From the NCBI RefSeq assembly GCF_006345805.1, contig NC_043015.1, forward strand, positions 38,688,001-38,752,000: a DNA stretch of 64,000 bases, in the 5' to 3' direction. The notes beneath the pieces were generated by a model, which made no database searches, was not told the DNA's origin, and worked only from the letters and a program-made list of their open reading frames with translations. Below are positions 51,369 through 63,289 of the stretch, piece after piece. Made by a program: the position numbers and the translations under genes. This DNA comes from Octopus sinensis (lineage: Eukaryota). The stretch's first letter is position 1; the number at the start of each line of letters is the position of its first letter.

Positions 51369-51552
51369 CATATATATATATATGTCTCTGGATGCAGGCC
51401 TAGCTGTTGGGGGTGCTTGTCTCCCCTTTGTAGACATAAGGACACAGGAAATGTGTCAAGGCCGACGGGAAGCGTTGATGCTTCCTAGGGCTAAATAGCA
51501 GTAGTATGATCCCCTTCATGGGACTGTCACATTAAGTTAACAGTATACAACT

Positions 51553-51613
<61 letters not shown>

Positions 51614-52696
51614 ATATATATATATTTGGCGTTAGGAAGGGCATCCAGCCGTAGAAACACTGCCAGATCAGACTGGGCCTGATGTGGCCTTCCGGCTTCA
51701 CAGACCCCAGTTGAACCATCCAACCCATGCTAGCATGGAAAGTGGACGCTAAATGATGATGATATATATATATATATATATATATATACTAGTGAGAAGT
51801 CCATCAAAAATCCATGGGTGGTAAATGTTTATCAGTTTTATCATTAATTACTTTGGGCAAATCTGTATTTAAAGGAATTAATTGAATAAAACACATATTC
51901 CTCATTATCATTTAGTAAACACTAAAATATGGCAAAATATACCTTGTATCTAGAGAGATTGCACTTACAACATGCGTTTCTAGTCTGTGTTCAGCTCAAA
52001 GAGCTGAAGTACCATTGCAATGGGTTGTCTGTGTGTCGAGGGCATGGAGGAAGGGGTGACAATTATATTACATACATACACACACACATACATGCACATA
52101 CATACATGCATGCAAGCATGTATGCACATGTGTGCATACATGCATACACACATAAATATATGTATGTGTACATACATGCATGCAGGTATGCATGTGTGCA
52201 TACATGCACACATACATGCATGCATACATACGTACACAGACATACATAGATACCTACATACGTGTGTACATACATATACTCATACATACATGCATGCATA
52301 TATACATATGTACATACATACACACATACGTACATATATATACACATACATACATACACACACATACATGCATAAATACATACATACATACGTACATACA
52401 CTGATGACGGGTCCAAGTATTGCATTTGTATATTTATATGTAGAAAAGTAGGGGTTTTTTTGCCCCTTTTATTTGCTTCAGTTACAGTAGATAGCTGCCA
52501 AGCTGGGGCATTGCTTGGAAGGGTTTACTCAAACAAATTGGCCCCAGTACTTACTTATCATGTGTAGTATTTATCCTGTTGGTCTCATTCACTAAACTAC
52601 TAGATTTCAGGTATGTAAACAAACCAACCAGTATTAAGAAAGGATAGGAAAATATTAGATTGATAAGCCCTAAAATCCACTCCATAATTGCCCACA

Positions 52697-52930
52697 GGTA
52701 TATGGCATAGTGGTTAAGAGCACAGGCTACTAACCCCAAAATTCCAAGTTCAATTCCAGGCAGTGACCTGAACAACAACAATAACAACAACAAAATACCT
52801 TAGGAATGAGAACCCAGGTTCCAAATTTCCCAAAGAAACCTGATGAAGGATGGAGGGTGTATCAGCCGAAATGTTGTGTTAACAAAAAAGATGAGGACAA
52901 ATATCCATCAAATGTAAATAGTGTAAATAA
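52697..52930 (+). mobile_element. tRNA-derived SINE family D with Penelope-type tail (hammerhead-like motif)
   Basis: A box TGGCATAGTGG (52703), B box GTTCAATTCC (52748), (AAC)n linker, then CTGATGA-A-GGATG..CAGCC-GAAA (52840-52871). Confidence 0.75.
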
Positions 52931-53561
52931 TGTAAACCGACGATGGTTTTCAAGTGGTGGTGTTGAGACTAACACAAAGTCAAACACACATACACACATA
53001 AACAAGGAGGCATACACACACACACATGTATATGTATGTATACAGCAGATTTCTTGACAGTGTCCATCTACCAAACTCACTCATACTATTTGTATTATTG
53101 AATTTTTCATGCAAGTTTCTCCTTCACCACTCAATGCGTCTCCATGTTCCTGCAGCGTGGACAACATTGTTCTCTTTATAATTGTGGCGATTGGGAAAGG
53201 ACAGACTCTTCCCATTTAGCATACCACCTCAGTCGGTTCTTTTGTGGAGTTTTGTTTCTTGTTTCTTGTTGTATTAGTGTTTGTTCTGTTGTGTATGACA
53301 AAAAGTGTAACGCAGCTTGTGTTGTGGTACTTTAATCATGTACAGGATTTGGAGCTTAGGTCGGTTGTTTTAGATTACGATATGCTTATTGTTGAGCGAA
53401 GGCATTGTGTGTAAAGGTTATTCTATTTAAACCATTTCTATTGAATCACGAGCCCTTCTATAGAAATGGATTGTGTTTTGTGCAAAATGTAGGCTGTTCA
53501 TAGCAGAGATACTTTTGGGACAGTGTGTAATAGTGTGAGCCTTGCTATGGCATTTTTTCAG

Positions 53562-53877
53562 ATTATTATTATTATTATTATAAAAGATATCATTGTTATT
53601 AATCAGTAGTCTTATTTTTAGCATGTGCTTTCACTGCACCACCGAGTGCAACTCTGTGGCCTTGGGTATGAGCTGTGCTTTGTTGTGGTGCTCTTATTTT
53701 CACTGTATTGAGAGTGTTCTGCGTAGGATGTGTGCAGTGCCTAGTTGTGCTATTTTCTGTATGGTATATGCATTTGTAAGTCCTGGTGTTTTGGTTATGT
53801 ATTTGTCTGAATGATTTTTTTATCATACTTAATGCACCTACTATAATAGGAATTCTTTCTGTTTTAGGTTTCAAGTT
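53562..53877 (-). mobile_element. RLE-type LINE (R4/Dong/Hero-like) 3' end with (AAT)n tail
   Basis: PIIVGALSMIKK / HSDKYITKTPGLTNAYTIQKIAQLGTAHILRRTLSIQ*, a typical restriction-like endonuclease C-terminus. Confidence 0.8.
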
Positions 53878-53878
53878 A

Positions 53879-53933
<55 letters not shown>

Positions 53934-53956
53934 TATTATTATTATTATTATTATTA

Positions 53957-53988
<32 letters not shown>

Positions 53989-53989
53989 G

Positions 53990-54360
53990 AGTGAGAGAGC
54001 AGTGCATGCAATCAAAGTGACACTGGGGTAAAATATACAAAGCCCAGTATACCCGTCTGATAAGGGTATACCAGGCACATGCATCACAACCATATGTATG
54101 TGACATGGTGATCTCATATCAAGATAGTGTATGACCTTGCAGGTGGGGCCCAGTTAGAATTTTCTTCTGGTCGAGTAGCCCATCCCGCTCAAAAGGTCCC
54201 TGAATAAGGATTGTATAAGGATGTTGAACGAAACACCCATGCTTCCAAAGGTGAATTTTCCAAACCCCAAAGAATCCCTCTCAACACATGGCTATGATGC
54301 TCCCCCCCCCCCACTACTTCTGCTCGTGATCAGAGATGCACATATCGTCAGCCACTAAGT
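53990..54360 (-). mobile_element. Short retroposon (SINE or LINE 3' UTR) with (AAT)n tail
   Basis: Non-coding element ending in the (ATT)n run at 53933-53989; internal cccatcccgctcaaaaggtccctgaataagg. Family assignment not possible by eye. Confidence 0.5.
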
Positions 54361-55356
54361 TGTTGATTTGAGTCATTTGATGAAGTTGAAGAAGCCTGTC
54401 AAGAATTTTTCGATTCAAAGCCAAAGAATTTGAGCAAATCCAAAAGCTTGCAAATTGTTGGCAGAAGGTTGTGGGAAATGATAGACTTTTATTTTGAAGA
54501 AACGTTATCATTTTTGAATAAATTCTTGCTTAAAAAATCATTATTCTAACATGGCACATAAACCTTTTCTTCAACCTAGGATTATATTAAGTTTGGCAGA
54601 ACTCAGCTTTGCCTGGGGAGCGATGTAATTGAGTTATACCCTCCCTAAAAATCTCAGGTCTTTGTGAATGGGTTTACTCTGAACATATGCTTGCAAGCTA
54701 GACGGGTTGAGAAGGAGAGAGGTGCCTTTAAATGGTGACCAGGATGTGTGAGTTTCCTTGGTTGGTCCATGGTGGAACTAACTCCTTTTGGAGAATTTTA
54801 TTATTAAACTTTTGTAGTTGATTGTTATTGCTTTATGGTAAACATGTATTTTTGTGCTAGGCCCCACTTGGCCCTTGTTTTGTATTGCTCCTTTTTGTTA
54901 TGTATTTGTCCCTTATGGTCAATAAAGAAAAAAATTATTATTACCATTATTAGTCACTGGGTGCTCTAAACCCTCCTTCTACTCACACTAGCTTCACCAC
55001 TCACCTGTAACAGAAATAATACTCACATCAACTTGACCACATTAGCCTAATGCCAAATTGACCAAAGCCTCCTTGTAATATGAGCAATACCTATACATCT
55101 TTCCCTACATCTTCAAAATACACCTGTTATAAATGGCATTCATTCTCACTTGACCACATGCTGACCAATCACCTGTAACTTAATGTGGTGCTTACCTGCT
55201 GTCCAGTGGTCTTGTTGCTATGACAACACAACTAATGGTTTTATTCCTGGTTCTAATATATTTGCTTTGTAAAGTGCAGAGCAAGAGGTGGTATGTATAC
55301 ACATGCCCTGAGTGTGTGTTGTATGTGTATGTGTGTGTGTGTGTGTGTGTGTATGT

Positions 55357-55397
<41 letters not shown>

Positions 55398-55774
55398 TAA
55401 ACTTGTTTGTAGGGTTTGATATGTGGAATCCGTATATAAACATACATACAACCATTAATTATCTATCTACCTCTGCATGTGTGTGTGTGTGTTAGTGTGT
55501 GTGTGTGTGAGTATGTCTGTGCCTGTGTGTGTGTGTTGACATTGCATGAGATATGTAAATAAATATCACCATTACACGAGAGGTATCCATCATTTTCAAT
55601 CTTCGAGGGAAAGATGCCTGATCATGAGAATCATTATCTTGCTTTGAAACAGGAAGGACATCCAATGACAAAAAAAATCTGCCTCAATGATTTCTGCCTG
55701 AAAATGGAAGCATGGAAAATTGATTGTTAAAATTAAGAAAATTATGTATTCATACATACATAGTTACATACATA

Positions 55775-56338
55775 TTGGATCGAACGGAAATTTTGTGCCA
55801 ATTTTTAAAGGAAAGAAAAAGGTCAATAAATACTTGCCATTACATTTTTAATCAACCAAATATGAACCATTTTGTTGCACAATGCGTCTCCATCTTTCCT
55901 TTAACTTGAAAATACCCTCTTCCCAGAATTGAGGTGGTTTCATGGCAAAGAATTCATCAAGGTATCTTTTTACGTCATCCAAGGAATTGAAATTTTTACC
56001 ATTAAGACTATTCTGCAGAGAACTAAATAAGTGAAAATCCGAAGGAGCAATATCTGGTGAATATGGAGGGTGGGATAACACATCCCAGCCGAGCTGCAGC
56101 AATTTTTGTCCGGTTCCCAAAGCATCAAGAGCCGAAAATGAACTTTCTCATCTTCCATTTTAAAGGTTTACAGAATTAACACAGGTTATAGGAACATAAA
56201 CCTTCTTCCACGAAAAGATAGCTTAAACTGTGCTCTAAATGGAGGTGTAGTCAAATCCTATTTTATGGACTCAACCATGTTCTAAAATAAGTCGAAAGGT
56301 AAGCTACTATAAATCGGCATGAACTTTCCAGACAATCA
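55775..56338 (-). mobile_element. Internally deleted mariner
   Basis: TA-flanked imperfect TIRs. N-terminal MEDEKVHFRLLMLW is fused to C-terminal LGWDVLSHPPYSPDIAPSDFHLF..GIFKLKERWRRIVQQNGSY. Confidence 0.9.
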
Positions 56339-56669
56339 TACATGATAGCTGAAAACTCATGTTCGAGAATTGCTACTGCCTGATCGAAAGCCCCCCACAT
56401 ACAAAAGCTACGGCCAACCATTTTTGTGATAGGTTTTACTTCTTTCAAGCAATGCCTGTGCAGGATCATTTTTTGTAGTGGGGAAAGGATTTGCACAAAT
56501 CCAGTCCCACACTTTGAACATGGACAACATAAACTTGAAAAGAAGAACCAGTCTACATCATCAAATATTGTCAATGTCACGGGTTTTCTCTCAGAGTTTC
56601 CTTCTCCTAGACAGATGTTGTGACAACAACAGAGGGGCCTCCTGTCCCCAGTGAGTCAACCACATGCCT

Positions 56670-56995
56670 AAATACCTATTTCTTTACTACCCACAAGGGA
56701 CTAAACACAGAGAGGACAAACAAGGAGAGACAAACGGATTAAGTCGATTATATCGACCCAGTGTGTAACTGGTACTTAATTTATCGACCCCAAAAGGATG
56801 AAAGGCAAAGTCGACCTCAGCGGAATTTGAACTCAGAACATAAAGGCAGACAAAATACCTATTTCTTTACTACCCACAAGGGGCTAAACACAGAGGGGAC
56901 AAACAAGGAGAGACAAACGGATTAAGTCGATTATATCGACACCAGTGCGTAACTGGTACTTATTTAATCGACCCCAAAAGAATGAAAGGCCAGGA
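56670..56995 (-). mobile_element. Two head-to-tail 5'-truncated family B SINEs
   Basis: aaatacctatttctttactacccacaaggg occurs at 56670 and 56851. Confidence 0.85.
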
Positions 56996-57420
56996 AAGTG
57001 TAACGCCGCCAATGGGGGCATCGAAAAGCCGACTGTAAGAGCCCGTTTACCATCCGGCCTCTGGCAAACAAAATATGGAAGAGTTCGGAGACACAAAGGT
57101 TGCACTGTCTTCTGCCCCTATCAAATGGGAGGGCCACCGACAAAATTGACCATTCCAGCCTATAGCTTAAGTTCGCATCCTTCAGTCGCCATATTATCTT
57201 ACTGAGTCCCGTGGTCTGGCGCTTGTTCACGTCCCGAAAAGTTGCGTAATGGTTGGAGACACGCAAAGACAATCTTGAGGATGATGCCCCTACATAAGTG
57301 AAGGCATCTGAAATAGCCTTTAAGATATCTACGATTAACTACTGCAAGGGGAATTACTCCTGTAAGACAAACGGGGTTTGGTTTTCTCACAGCGGGGGGT
57401 TTCCTTGACAAGGCAGGCTC
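56996..57420 (-). mobile_element. Divergent Penelope-like GIY-YIG endonuclease fragment
   Basis: FTYVGASSSRLSLRVSNHYATFR..TGLSKIIWRLKD..LEWSIL..RQCNLCVSE..CPH matches the PLE C-terminal LSKHIW.LK..WxIL..CxLC..CRH pattern. Confidence 0.75.
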
Positions 57421-57479
57421 AGATGAACACACACACACATAAAACATAATATATATATATTTTTTTATTTTTTTCTTTC

Positions 57480-58110
57480 TGCCACCCAACGGTTATCACG
57501 GCAGTAGCCACTGACAGCCGAACGATCAAACGCACACACGTACACAAAAATGTTTTCTACCCCTACGCCAACACACACATATATAGAACAGTATACACAC
57601 ACACACGTCTCTAAGTAGATTTTTTCTCGCCCCTTATAAAACATCCAATATTCCTTAAATAGTCAGAACTTTATTCTCGGTCACAAAGAAATCTATACAC
57701 CCTCACCCACATGATTGACCGATGCCTGACCCGTTGAATTCTTCAGCCACCGGTTCTCAACATACACTGATAAACAGTTTCGCCATGGGCTCTTAGGAGC
57801 ACAGTTCGATTTGTTTTTTGCTCCGCCTCTGTTCTGTTTTTGTGTTTCCAACGGATTTCCTTTTTTCTTCCTGAAGAGAAAGACACAATATGGTCCCATT
57901 ATTCAATCGGATTTTGGTAATTTGTGCCTTTCGAAACACGTGTAGAATGAAATAAAACGATTTCTGTTCAATCTGCGTTCAGCTCCATTTCTACAATCAC
58001 CAATAATGTTTTAATTTCAATTATCCGCACCAACGCACGGTTGCAACGCCAGATGGTTGTACCTCCAACCGTGCTGTTTACTGCTGTGATTTTTGCTACT
58101 AAGGTATCGG
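57480..58110. promoter_or_regulatory. CpG-rich, repeat-poor island; candidate promoter or first exon(s)
   Basis: CpG retained relative to the flanks; GTGAGG donor on - at 57706; ATG..AAG|GTATCG on + at 58053-58103. No downstream exon confirmed. Confidence 0.35.
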
Positions 58111-58159
58111 TTAAACTTTTGATTAATCTACTACAAGATTATTCATCTTTCTATTTCAC

Positions 58160-58202
<43 letters not shown>

Positions 58203-58417
58203 GCACACACACATATATATGTGTGTGTGTATGAATGCCTTTTACTTTGATCATTAGGTGATAGGGTGATCCGTATGGCAGCTCTCGAATGGTATTTGTA
58301 CAAGCAGACATACCATTACCACAACTAAAAACAACAACAACTGGACTCCACCTATATCAGCTGAAAAATGTATGTGTCATAATGTCAGCTTTAGGGATGG
58401 TGGATATATATATGTAT

Positions 58418-58464
<47 letters not shown>

Positions 58465-59034
58465 TTATGTTCCTAACATTAGCTGAATGATAACTAAGTT
58501 AGGAACATAAATTGTGACTAAGATTTTAATTCAAAACTTATGAAAACAAGACATTTGTAGTACAGAGCCAGAGGTGGTTTCAGCCGGATTGGTAACGAAA
58601 GGGTTAAACGTGGTGCTCCAGCATGACCAGTCAAATGACTGAAAGAAGTAAAAGAACAGAAGAATGTTTATTAGATAGATAACTGGTTGTCATGATGTAG
58701 AATTTCTCCGTTTCTTTTTCTATTCGTTCGTTATCTGCTGACATCATCAAAGGTTAAATACTAAACTGGCTTCTCTAAAAATATGTTTCTTTTTAATGTT
58801 CTTTTTGTTTGTGTTCGTCTATCAGAGATAGTTTTTTTTAGTTCACTTTGAATTTAACCCATTTCAGTTTGCCTTGATGACATTGTATTAGCATATGTCT
58901 TCGGATGTACAGGGTGTCCCAGAATTAACTGCCTATTTCAATGAAATTGGGCAAATTTAAAACAAAAAAAAAACTGATAGAATTTCATGTTTATTATTTA
59001 ATTATGATACCAAAACAAATAGATTTATAAATCT

Positions 59035-59340
59035 TTTTTTTCTTTTACTTGTGGCCATGCTGGAGCACTGCCTTTAGTCAAACAAATTGACCCAGGACTT
59101 ATTCTAACAGTACTTATTCTATCAGACTCTTTTGTCAAGCAATGCTGGTGGAGACAAACGCAGACACACAAATATACACATATATGACGGGCTTCTTTCA
59201 GTTTCCATCTACCAAATCCACTCACAAGGCTTTGGTCGGTCCGAGGCTATAGCAGAAGACACTTGCCCAAGGTGTCACACAGTGGAACTGAACCCAGAAC
59301 CATGTGGCTGGGAACCAAGTGTCTTACCACACAACCACAC
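59035..59340 (-). mobile_element. tRNA-derived SINE family A
   Basis: Reverse complement of the 3847-4244 element. Confidence 0.85.
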
Positions 59341-59790
59341 TCTACCTGTTTCCCTACAAATTTCAAATTTATTCTTAGCAGTTGTGAAACACATTCTGAA
59401 GCATTTCAGGTGTTATCTCCTGCACTGCTAACCGAAAGATTTCTTTAAGTTCAGCAAAACTTATTGGTCCATCCTGGGGATAAAGGTAGAGAAAATGACC
59501 GTTGCCAAATTGAAAATAACAGAAAAGCTGTCTTGGACAGATACGTAGTATCGAACAAGAATGAAAATAAAATTATTAAAAAAATTATAAAATTATCTAA
59601 AAAAATATTTAATTTATACACTTTTTATACACATATTAAACATGAGTCATCTACACTATTTGAACACCCTTATAGGTGCAAATTCAGTGGTCACTCCCTG
59701 ACCGGCCATGACCAACCACCCTTTTAGCATTACTGCTCTAAGGTATTTTCAAGTGTGCCTCTTTTCAGATTTATTTATGAACTAATGACT

Positions 59791-60706
59791 GATTATCATC
59801 ATCATCATCATCATCATCATTTAGCGTCCGTTTTCCATGCTAGCATGGGTTGGACGGTTCTACTGGGGTCTGTGAAGCCAGAAGGCTTCATCAGGCCAGT
59901 CAAATCTGGCAGGTTTCTACGGCTGGATGCCCTTCCTAACGCCAACCACTCCGTGAGTGTAGTGGGTGCTTTTTACGTGCCCCCGCACTGGTGCCAGACA
60001 GAGCTGGCAAACGGCCCAAACGATGGTGCTTTTTATGTGCTACCGGCACGAGGGCCAGGCGAGGCTGGCAACAGACACGAAACGGGGCGGTGCTGGCAAC
60101 GGTCGCGAAACGGAAAGTTCTCTTACATGCCACCGGCACTGGTAACACATCTGCAATTTCCATTGATCGATTTCGATTCTGATCCTCACTTGCCTCAATG
60201 GGTCTTCACAAGCAGAGTTTCGACATGCCACCGGCACTGGTAGCACATCCGCAATTTCCATTGATCGATTTCGATTCTGATCCTCACTTGCCTCAACACG
60301 TCTTCACAAGTAGAGTTTTGTGTCCCAAGAAGGGAAGGTATGCATACGTAGGCTGGCTCCATCCCATGTAGAAGGCCACGGGTTGTGGACTCACTTGTCC
60401 TGCGGGTCTTCTCGCGCACAGCACACTTCCAGAGGTCTCGGTCTCTAGTCATTTCCTCAGTGAGACCTAAAGTTCGAAGGTCGTGCTTCAACCCTCGTCC
60501 CAGGTTTTCCTGGGTCTGCCTCTTCCACAGGTTCCCTCAACCGCTAGGGTGTGGCACTTTTTCACACAACTATCTTCATCCATTCTCGCCACATGACCAT
60601 ACCAGCGCAAACGTCTCTCTTGCACACCACAACTGATGTTTCTTAGGTCCAGCTTTTCTCTCAAGGTACTTACACTCTGCCGAGTGTGAGTACCGGCATT
60701 ACACAT
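59791..60706 (-). mobile_element. RTE LINE 3' end with duplicated UTR segment
   Basis: RLRWYGHVARMDEDSCVKKCHTLAVEGTCGRGRPRKTWDE; UTR block catgccaccggcactggt..cctcacttgcctcaa at about 60127 and 60225; (CAT)n tail. Confidence 0.9.
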
Positions 60707-61187
60707 CCATATATATTATATATATAGATACCATATATATATATATACATTCATATATATATGTGTGTATATACATACACACATGTATGTATATACACAC
60801 AGCTGGTTGGCGTTAGGAAGGGCATCCAGCTGTAGAAACATTGCCAGATTAGACTGGAGCCTGGTGCAGCCTTCTGGCTTCCCAGAACCCTGGTCGAACC
60901 GTCCAACCCATGCTAGCATGGAGAACGGACGTTAAACGATGATGATGATGATGATGATGATATAATATATATATATATATATGTCAACTTTAGAGTTGTC
61001 ATAGATGATGATGATGATATATTTGGAGTGGGGGAGAAAAGGTATGTGTTGGGGGATGTCCAACTAAAAGTCAAGGTAGAATTGCCATTTCCTTTTTCTC
61101 TCTCTCTTCTTTTGTCTCTTCCCCCCACTCTCTCTCTCTCACTTCTCTTTCTCTCCCCCTCTCTATCTCTCTCTCTCACTTTCTCCT

Positions 61188-61231
<44 letters not shown>

Positions 61232-61599
61232 ATATTTTACTGACTGACATAGTTTCTCTCAGAGTAAGTTATTAGAGTTAAGTGAGGTGTGTGGACAGGT
61301 AGATTGGCAGGTAATGTAAGGGAGACAGGTGGATAGGTAAGTAGCTGTTGTTGACTTGAGGAGATTGGTAGGTATTTGAAAGTAAGTTGCTACTGTGTAA
61401 ACTGTGTTGTAGTTTGATGACTGTTTGTTCAATGGCATAAAAAAAAATGACAAATGACTGGACCAGGCATGTAGGTACAGACCTTGCTTAATACATTTTG
61501 CTAATCATGTTGGGACACTCCCTTCAGGTATGCTATGAAGGAAGAAGGAGAAAAAGGTAGAAAGAATGGTAGGAAAAGAAGAGAGAGGAAAAATGAGAT

Positions 61600-61716
61600 A
61601 CTCTAAAGAAGAGATAGATAAAGGGAAAAAGAAAGGATGGACAGATGGACGGAGGGATGGAGGGATGAATGAATGGATGGATGGATTGATAGATAGATAC
61701 TTATACACATAAATAA

Positions 61717-61765
<49 letters not shown>

Positions 61766-61828
61766 AAGAGAGAGAGAGAGAGACAGACAGACAGAAAGAC
61801 AGATAGATAGATAGATAGAAAGATAGAA

Positions 61829-61859
<31 letters not shown>

Positions 61860-61867
61860 AAGACATT

Positions 61868-61928
<61 letters not shown>

Positions 61929-61950
61929 GGATGGATGGATGGATAGACAG

Positions 61951-62015
<65 letters not shown>
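61600..62015. repeat. (GATA/GACA/GGAT/GA)n compound microsatellite
   Basis: Direct reading. Confidence 0.95.
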
Positions 62016-62016
<1 letters not shown>

Positions 62017-63150
62017 TGCACTCAGCTGTAAATGAGTAAACCTGCAATGGACTAGCATCCCATCCAGGAGGAATATAATGATCATGATTATTTACTTATA
62101 CACCATGTAACTGAAACTATGACATTGCCAAGAGTTCAAGTCCCGCTAAAGCCAACTTTGCTTTACATGCTAGGACTCGAGACAGTAGTGTCCAGGAGTT
62201 GACCCTACCAACTTGCTAGCTGACTCTTCAGCCATGGCATTGATTTGACCAAGACTTTGTTGAGTAAAAATTTTATTGAGAGAAACAAAGATGGGAAAAA
62301 AAATTGCATAAAAAAACCCAAAACAATGCAACCATTACTTGTAATTAATTGCAAATGGTTTATCCTGATAAGCTTTGCTCGTACACAAGATGGGATGGAC
62401 GCTTTATAAGGATAAAAGAATTACTTGATATCAGCCGAGACATCAAACAAAATCATCAATCAATATTCAAAGCCTTACAAATTGCAGCTCAATTAATCAC
62501 CAAGAGAGTATGTCACCAGTAAATCCTCTAAAGTTAGGGTATCTATTTAATTAATGACGCTTAATCAAACTGTAATACAAAAAAAATTATCGTTATTACA
62601 AAAAATATGATTTTTGTTTTCTTTGTCCAATCTATTATATGAATAAGAATCCTTTTAGTAAAGCCCCACCTTCCATTATACACAAACTAAACTGCAGGGA
62701 AATGCAATATCTCACACATTGAAGCATGAAAAGGTGGGGGAAAATGGATCAATACGGGAATGTTTAGACAAGGTTCAATAATTAGCTCACATCACTAATT
62801 ATCTTTAACATTTCAAATACAATGCTCTTATAGGGAGACAAAGAAAAATAAAATAAAATAAAGGATAACAAATCAAAAGCTTAGCAATGAGTTCTAGGCA
62901 TTCTAACTGCTTGAATAACAGGATTTCATGAGAGAAATTATAATATCTGGAGGTTATTGCAGAATTATTGATAGTTATAGGCAAAGGTAGGGCCATGCAA
63001 TTAAGAGACTTGTTTCACAGGTGTGTTGTTTTGGGCTCAGTTCCATGGCATGGCTCCTTGAGCAAATATCTTCACCTATAACTCTGGGTGGACCAGTGCC
63101 TTGTGAATGAATTTCATAGCCAGAAACTGTGTGGAAACCCATAATACACA

Positions 63151-63194
<44 letters not shown>

Positions 63195-63289
63195 ATACAC
63201 ACATAACGCATAAGTAGAAACTCCATAAGATGTATGGAGCTATGGACACATAAGTGGTGCAGCAATATTAAGGGAAGGCTAACTGGGAA

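Noticed and set aside
46728-52451. Many long H/T/Y/I or C/V/M/Y ORFs (46728-47511, 49561-50568, 51929-52451)
   Set aside because: Microsatellite translations, which lack stop codons by composition.
52697-52770. tRNA gene (also SINE heads at 3847, 4380, 37789 and 44112)
   Set aside because: A and B boxes are present, but I see no complete cloverleaf or acceptor stem and no poly-T terminator; each continues into a repeat body.
53599-54117. 172-aa ORF with poly-N and poly-Y
   Set aside because: Chimera of a retroposon tail, the TAA/TTA palindrome and an RLE LINE fragment.
54975-55250. Exon-like 57-nt segment (tag|AACCAGG..CAG|gtaagc) and AG|GT recursive-splice-like motifs on the minus strand
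   Set aside because: Weak pyrimidine tract, no recognisable peptide, and the acaggtg motif recurs several times as in degenerate transposon sequence.
57707-57786. Selenoprotein reading MAKLFISVC-U-EPVAEEF (in-frame TGA after Cys)
   Set aside because: No resemblance to a selenoprotein family I know, no supported downstream exons and no SECIS identified. A uORF or chance is more parsimonious.
61505-62085. 180-aa and other S/I/Y/L-rich ORFs
   Set aside because: Translations of (GATA)n and (GA)n repeats.
62420-62535. Exon-like segments with GTAAGG/GTAATT donors on the minus strand
   Set aside because: Stop codons in all three frames and no supporting neighbouring exons.
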